NCBI RefSeq assembly: GCF_006345805.1
Contig: NW_021827229.1
Coordinates: 1 to 10,903 of the forward strand
Reading direction: 5' to 3'
From: Octopus sinensis
Taxonomy: Eukaryota
Length of the DNA: 10,903 bases
Shown: positions 7,748-10,903 of the stretch, in pieces
Numbering within the stretch: the first letter of the stretch is position 1
Layout of the letters: the number at the start of each line of letters is the position of its first letter
The notes under the pieces: model-generated
What the model was told of the DNA's origin: nothing
The model's input: the letters and a program-made list of their open reading frames with translations, nothing else
The model's database searches: none
Program-made: the position numbers and the translations under genes

Positions 7748-7822
7748 ATTACATATATGTATGTGTAAACATATATGCATATATGTATATATGTTGCATA
7801 TATGTATATATGTATATATGTG

Positions 7823-7863
<41 letters not shown>

Positions 7864-8260
7864 GTATATATGTTGCATATATCTATCTGTCTGTCTATCT
7901 TATATGTATATATACACATATTTATATTCCCAAACATTTGTATAGACATTCTTACATATATATATATATCTATATATATATTATATATATATACATACAT
8001 ATACAAATAAATGTATGAATATATATATATATGTGTGTGTATACACAGCAAAAAGAACATACACTTGTATGTTGAATATTGTGTATATCGCTGTAGTTAA
8101 GTTGCTGGTATACATAGTTACGTGTGTATACACAGACACACTCATCCACATGGGCATAAATACATACACTAACATGCATACATATACACATATATGCACC
8201 CACACACACACATGCACACACTCGTACACGCGTGTTTGTGTGTGTGTGTGTGTGTGTGTG
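7748..8260. repeat. Compound (TA)/(TG)/(CA) microsatellite field with short unique interruptions
   Basis: Directly visible. Confidence 0.93.
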
Positions 8261-8437
8261 CAGTCGGTGCAGATGTAATCAATAGGTGTCAATATTGCAT
8301 AGAGTGCAGTATTACTGACTGCTGCGCAAATATGCGTCGAGAAAAGTGCAAATATTTTCCCTCTGATAAAACAGCGAGAAATTAGCAGTGAAGCTAGGAG
8401 GTCTGAGCAGGACTGGGAAAGTTAACAAACAGAAGAG

Positions 8438-8444
8438 AGTAGTA

Positions 8445-8480
<36 letters not shown>
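8438..8480. repeat. (AGT)3 followed by (AAT)n microsatellite
   Basis: Directly visible. Confidence 0.95.
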
Positions 8481-8586
8481 TGATTATAATATAACGAGAA
8501 TATAATTAAAAGAAAAATAATAAAGAACTTTAAACTAATAAACAAAAGTAGTGAATGAATTAACTGAAGGTGCTTGTTGATTATAA

Positions 8587-8628
<42 letters not shown>
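8587..8628. repeat. (TAG)14 microsatellite
   Basis: Directly visible. Confidence 0.95.
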
Positions 8629-8640
8629 AAAAACTTTTTA

Positions 8641-8980
8641 TAATAATCATGATAATAATCATCATCATTGCCACCACCAACACCCTCACCATCATCATCA
8701 CCATCATCATCATCGTTATCATAACGATCATGATGTTATCATAACGATCATCATCATCTTCATAGCAGTCATCATCATCATCATCATCACCATCATTGTA
8801 ATCGGCATCACTATCATCATAACTGTCAACATAATCATCATCATCATCGCCAGCTGTTCTTGGATACTTTTCATCACCCTCCTCCCCTCCCCTCCCCTCC
8901 CCTCCCCCTCATCCTCCTCCGCCTCACCACCACCACCATCATCATTCTCATCTTCATCATTTTCATCTTTATTTTCATCG
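8641..8980. repeat. Degenerate (CAT)/(CAC)n low-complexity tract containing (CCCCT)n at 8884-8908
   Basis: Directly visible. Confidence 0.92.
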
Positions 8981-9199
8981 TAATTTTCATTGTTTTCATG
9001 ATTTCTTTGCTGTTTATTTTCTTTTTGTTTCGTTTGTTTGTTTATCCTTTGTTTGTTCGTTACTTTCCTTGTTTGCTCTGATGATGTCACGAGTTTGTTT
9101 GCATAAAGGAATAATAACCATTTTCTTCATCGGAATCGATTCCATTACCATTATTGTCTGAGAGGAACAAAACCAGACTTGTGGAGCCAGCTCCATGTC

Positions 9200-9558
9200 C
9201 ATTCTCTATCTCTCACCTTTTTTTTTAACTCCTTCTCTCTTTCCCTGCCCCTTTTACCATCTCTCATTCATTTGCTCTCTCTCTCTCTCTCTATACATGT
9301 CTCTCTACCTGTCTATCTATCTCTCTATCTGTCTATCTATCTATCTATCCATCTATCTATCTGTCTGTCTGTCTGTTTGTCTATTTTTATCTCTGTCCTC
9401 CCTGCTCTCACTCGTCCTATATCTCTCTCTCTCTCTTTCTCTGTTTTTTCTCTCTCTCTGTTTCCTTCTCTCTGTTTCTCTCCCTCTCTCTCTCACTCTC
9501 TATCTCTCTATCTCACTCAGTACCTATCTTTCCTGCTCTCTCATCTCTCTCTTCCTCT
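9200..9558. repeat. Pyrimidine-rich (CT)n/(TCTA)n/(TCTG)n compound tract
   Basis: Directly visible. Confidence 0.93.
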
Positions 9559-9559
9559 G

Positions 9560-9807
9560 GGAAACTGAAAGAAGCCCCTCATATATATGTATATGTGTTT
9601 GCATCTGTGTTCCCCCCACCAACATCGCTTGACAACCAATACTGGTGTGTTTACTTTCCTGCAACTTAGCAGTTCAGCAAAAGAACTGATAGAATAAGCA
9701 CTAGGCTTACAAACAATAAGTCCTGGGGTCGATTTGCTTGACTTAAAGGCAGTGCTCCAGCATAACCGCAGTCAAATGACTGAAACAAGTAAAATAGTAA
9801 AAGAGTA
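9560..9807 (+). mobile_element. 5'-truncated copy of the (AAAAGAGT)n-tailed SINE
   Basis: GGAAACTGAAAGAAGCCC...CAGTCAAATGACTGAAACAAGTAAAATAGTAAAAGAGT, collinear with 3258-3554. Confidence 0.9.
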
Positions 9808-9816
9808 ATATATACA

Positions 9817-10110
9817 GTAGCTGTGTTGTAAGAAGCTTGCCTCCTGAAAACATGGTTCTGGGTTCAATCCCACTGTGTGGCACCCAGGGTAAGAGTCTTC
9901 GCTACAGCCTCTATGGGATCACCACATTTAGTGTGCAAATGTACTTTATATGCGCAGGAGTGGCTTGCTAACCAACCACATGGTTCAGGGTTCAGTCCCA
10001 CAACGTGGCACCTTGAGCAAGTGTCTTCTACTATAGCCCCGGGCCGACCAATGCCTTGTGAGTGGATTTGGTAGACGGAAACTGAAAGAAGCCCGTTGTA
10101 TATATGTATG

Positions 10111-10141
<31 letters not shown>

Positions 10142-10577
10142 ATATGTTTGTGTGTCTGTTTGTCCCCCTAGCATTGCTTGACAACTGATGCTGGTGTGTT
10201 TATGTACCCGTCACTTAGCGGTTCAGCAAAAGAGACCGATAGAATAAGTACTGGGCTTACAAAGAATAAGTCCTTGGGTCTAGTTGCTCGACTAAAGGCG
10301 GTGCTCCAGCATGGCCGCAGTCAAATGACTGAAACAAGTAAAAGAGTAAAAGAGTTAAGAGTGTGTCTTTCTATCTGTGTTTGTCTCCCATCACTGCTTG
10401 ACAGCTGGTCTTTGAGTGTTTACATCTGTGTATTTGAATGACTTGGCAAAAGAGACCGATAGAATAAGAACTAGGCTTAAGAAATAAATCCCAAGTTTGA
10501 TTTGTTTGACTAAAACCCTTCAAAGCTGCAGCATGGCCGCAGTCAAATGACTGAAACCAGTAAAAGAATAAAAGAAT
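9817..10577 (+). mobile_element. Older SINE (head about 9817-9915, 3' half 10363-10577 with AAAAGAAT tail), apparently interrupted by the copy at 9952-10362
   Basis: Head TAGCTGTGTTGTAAGAAGCTTGC...GGTTCAATCCCACTGTGTGGCACC. 3' half GCTTGACA...GCAAAAGAGACCGATAGAATAAG...CAGCATGGCCGCAGTCAAATGACTGAAAC. That the two halves belong together is inferred. Confidence 0.72.
9952..10362 (+). mobile_element. Near full-length young (AAAAGAGT)n-tailed SINE with a 15-bp deletion in the A-box
   Basis: Collinear with 3118-3554, but lacks TGTGTGGTAAGTAGC after GGAGTGGC (9957-9964). Confidence 0.92.
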
Positions 10578-10599
10578 GCATGTCCTGTTGGATGGTCAT

Positions 10600-10785
10600 T
10601 GACTACACATCAGCTCCTCTGCCCTTCGATGGGGTTTTCTTTTCTCCTGCATGGTGTCCGACAGTTACCCACCACACCAAGCAAGCTCAGTGGGGGTTGC
10701 CAGATTAGTTTTTGATGACCTGACCATACGAGAGGTTGTACTGGCTTATATGTTACCAGTAGTACTCAAGAACAACATGACCTTA
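10600..10785 (-). mobile_element. Possible old interspersed-repeat fragment
   Basis: Higher-GC island. The minus strand has GGCAACC...AGGAGAAAAGAAAACCC, reminiscent of RTE-type 5' regions (from memory). No second copy in the window. Confidence 0.3.
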
Positions 10786-10830
10786 CACTTACATACATAC
10801 AAGCCCTACTGCTAGCCCTTTGTCTACAGC

Positions 10831-10903
10831 CACAACCACACACACACACACACGTGTCATCATTGCACACATGCACACACACGCACACCTCCGCGCACGC
10901 ACA
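10831..10903. repeat. Imperfect (CA)n/(CACG)n microsatellite
   Basis: Directly visible; runs to the window edge. Confidence 0.9.

Noticed and set aside
8308-8315. CAGTATTA, a miR-8/miR-200 8-mer seed match
   Set aside because: A single short match with no evidence of a 3'UTR. The antisense strand does not match mature miR-8 beyond the seed and there is no precursor hairpin.
8312-9090. Poly-Ser/His/Ile/Pro ORF 8570..8983 and antisense poly-Met ORFs
   Set aside because: Trinucleotide-repeat read-through with no domain or splice support.

Overview
Eukaryotic, AT-rich, repeat-saturated non-coding DNA (intron or intergenic). I infer a coleoid cephalopod, most likely Octopus, from the tRNA-derived SINE families and the very high density of TA/CA/TATC/TAA/CAT microsatellites; this is from memory, not a search. 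I find no credible host protein-coding gene. Nearly all ORFs in the track are read-throughs of microsatellites or SINEs. The only real protein-like sequence is the C-terminus of a CR1-clade LINE ORF2, present as two 5'-truncated copies (286-648 minus, 6796-7145 plus). About 14 SINE copies or fragments from at least 5 families are present. Several are nested, including a double insertion with two exact, overlapping target-site duplications (2086-2990). The best leads are the modular SINE families with conserved 3' hairpins, an inverted young SINE pair that could form dsRNA, and a degenerate hammerhead-ribozyme-like motif at about 7498-7534. There is no CRISPR, tRNA/rRNA gene or operon-like system, and I cannot support a new gene system here.
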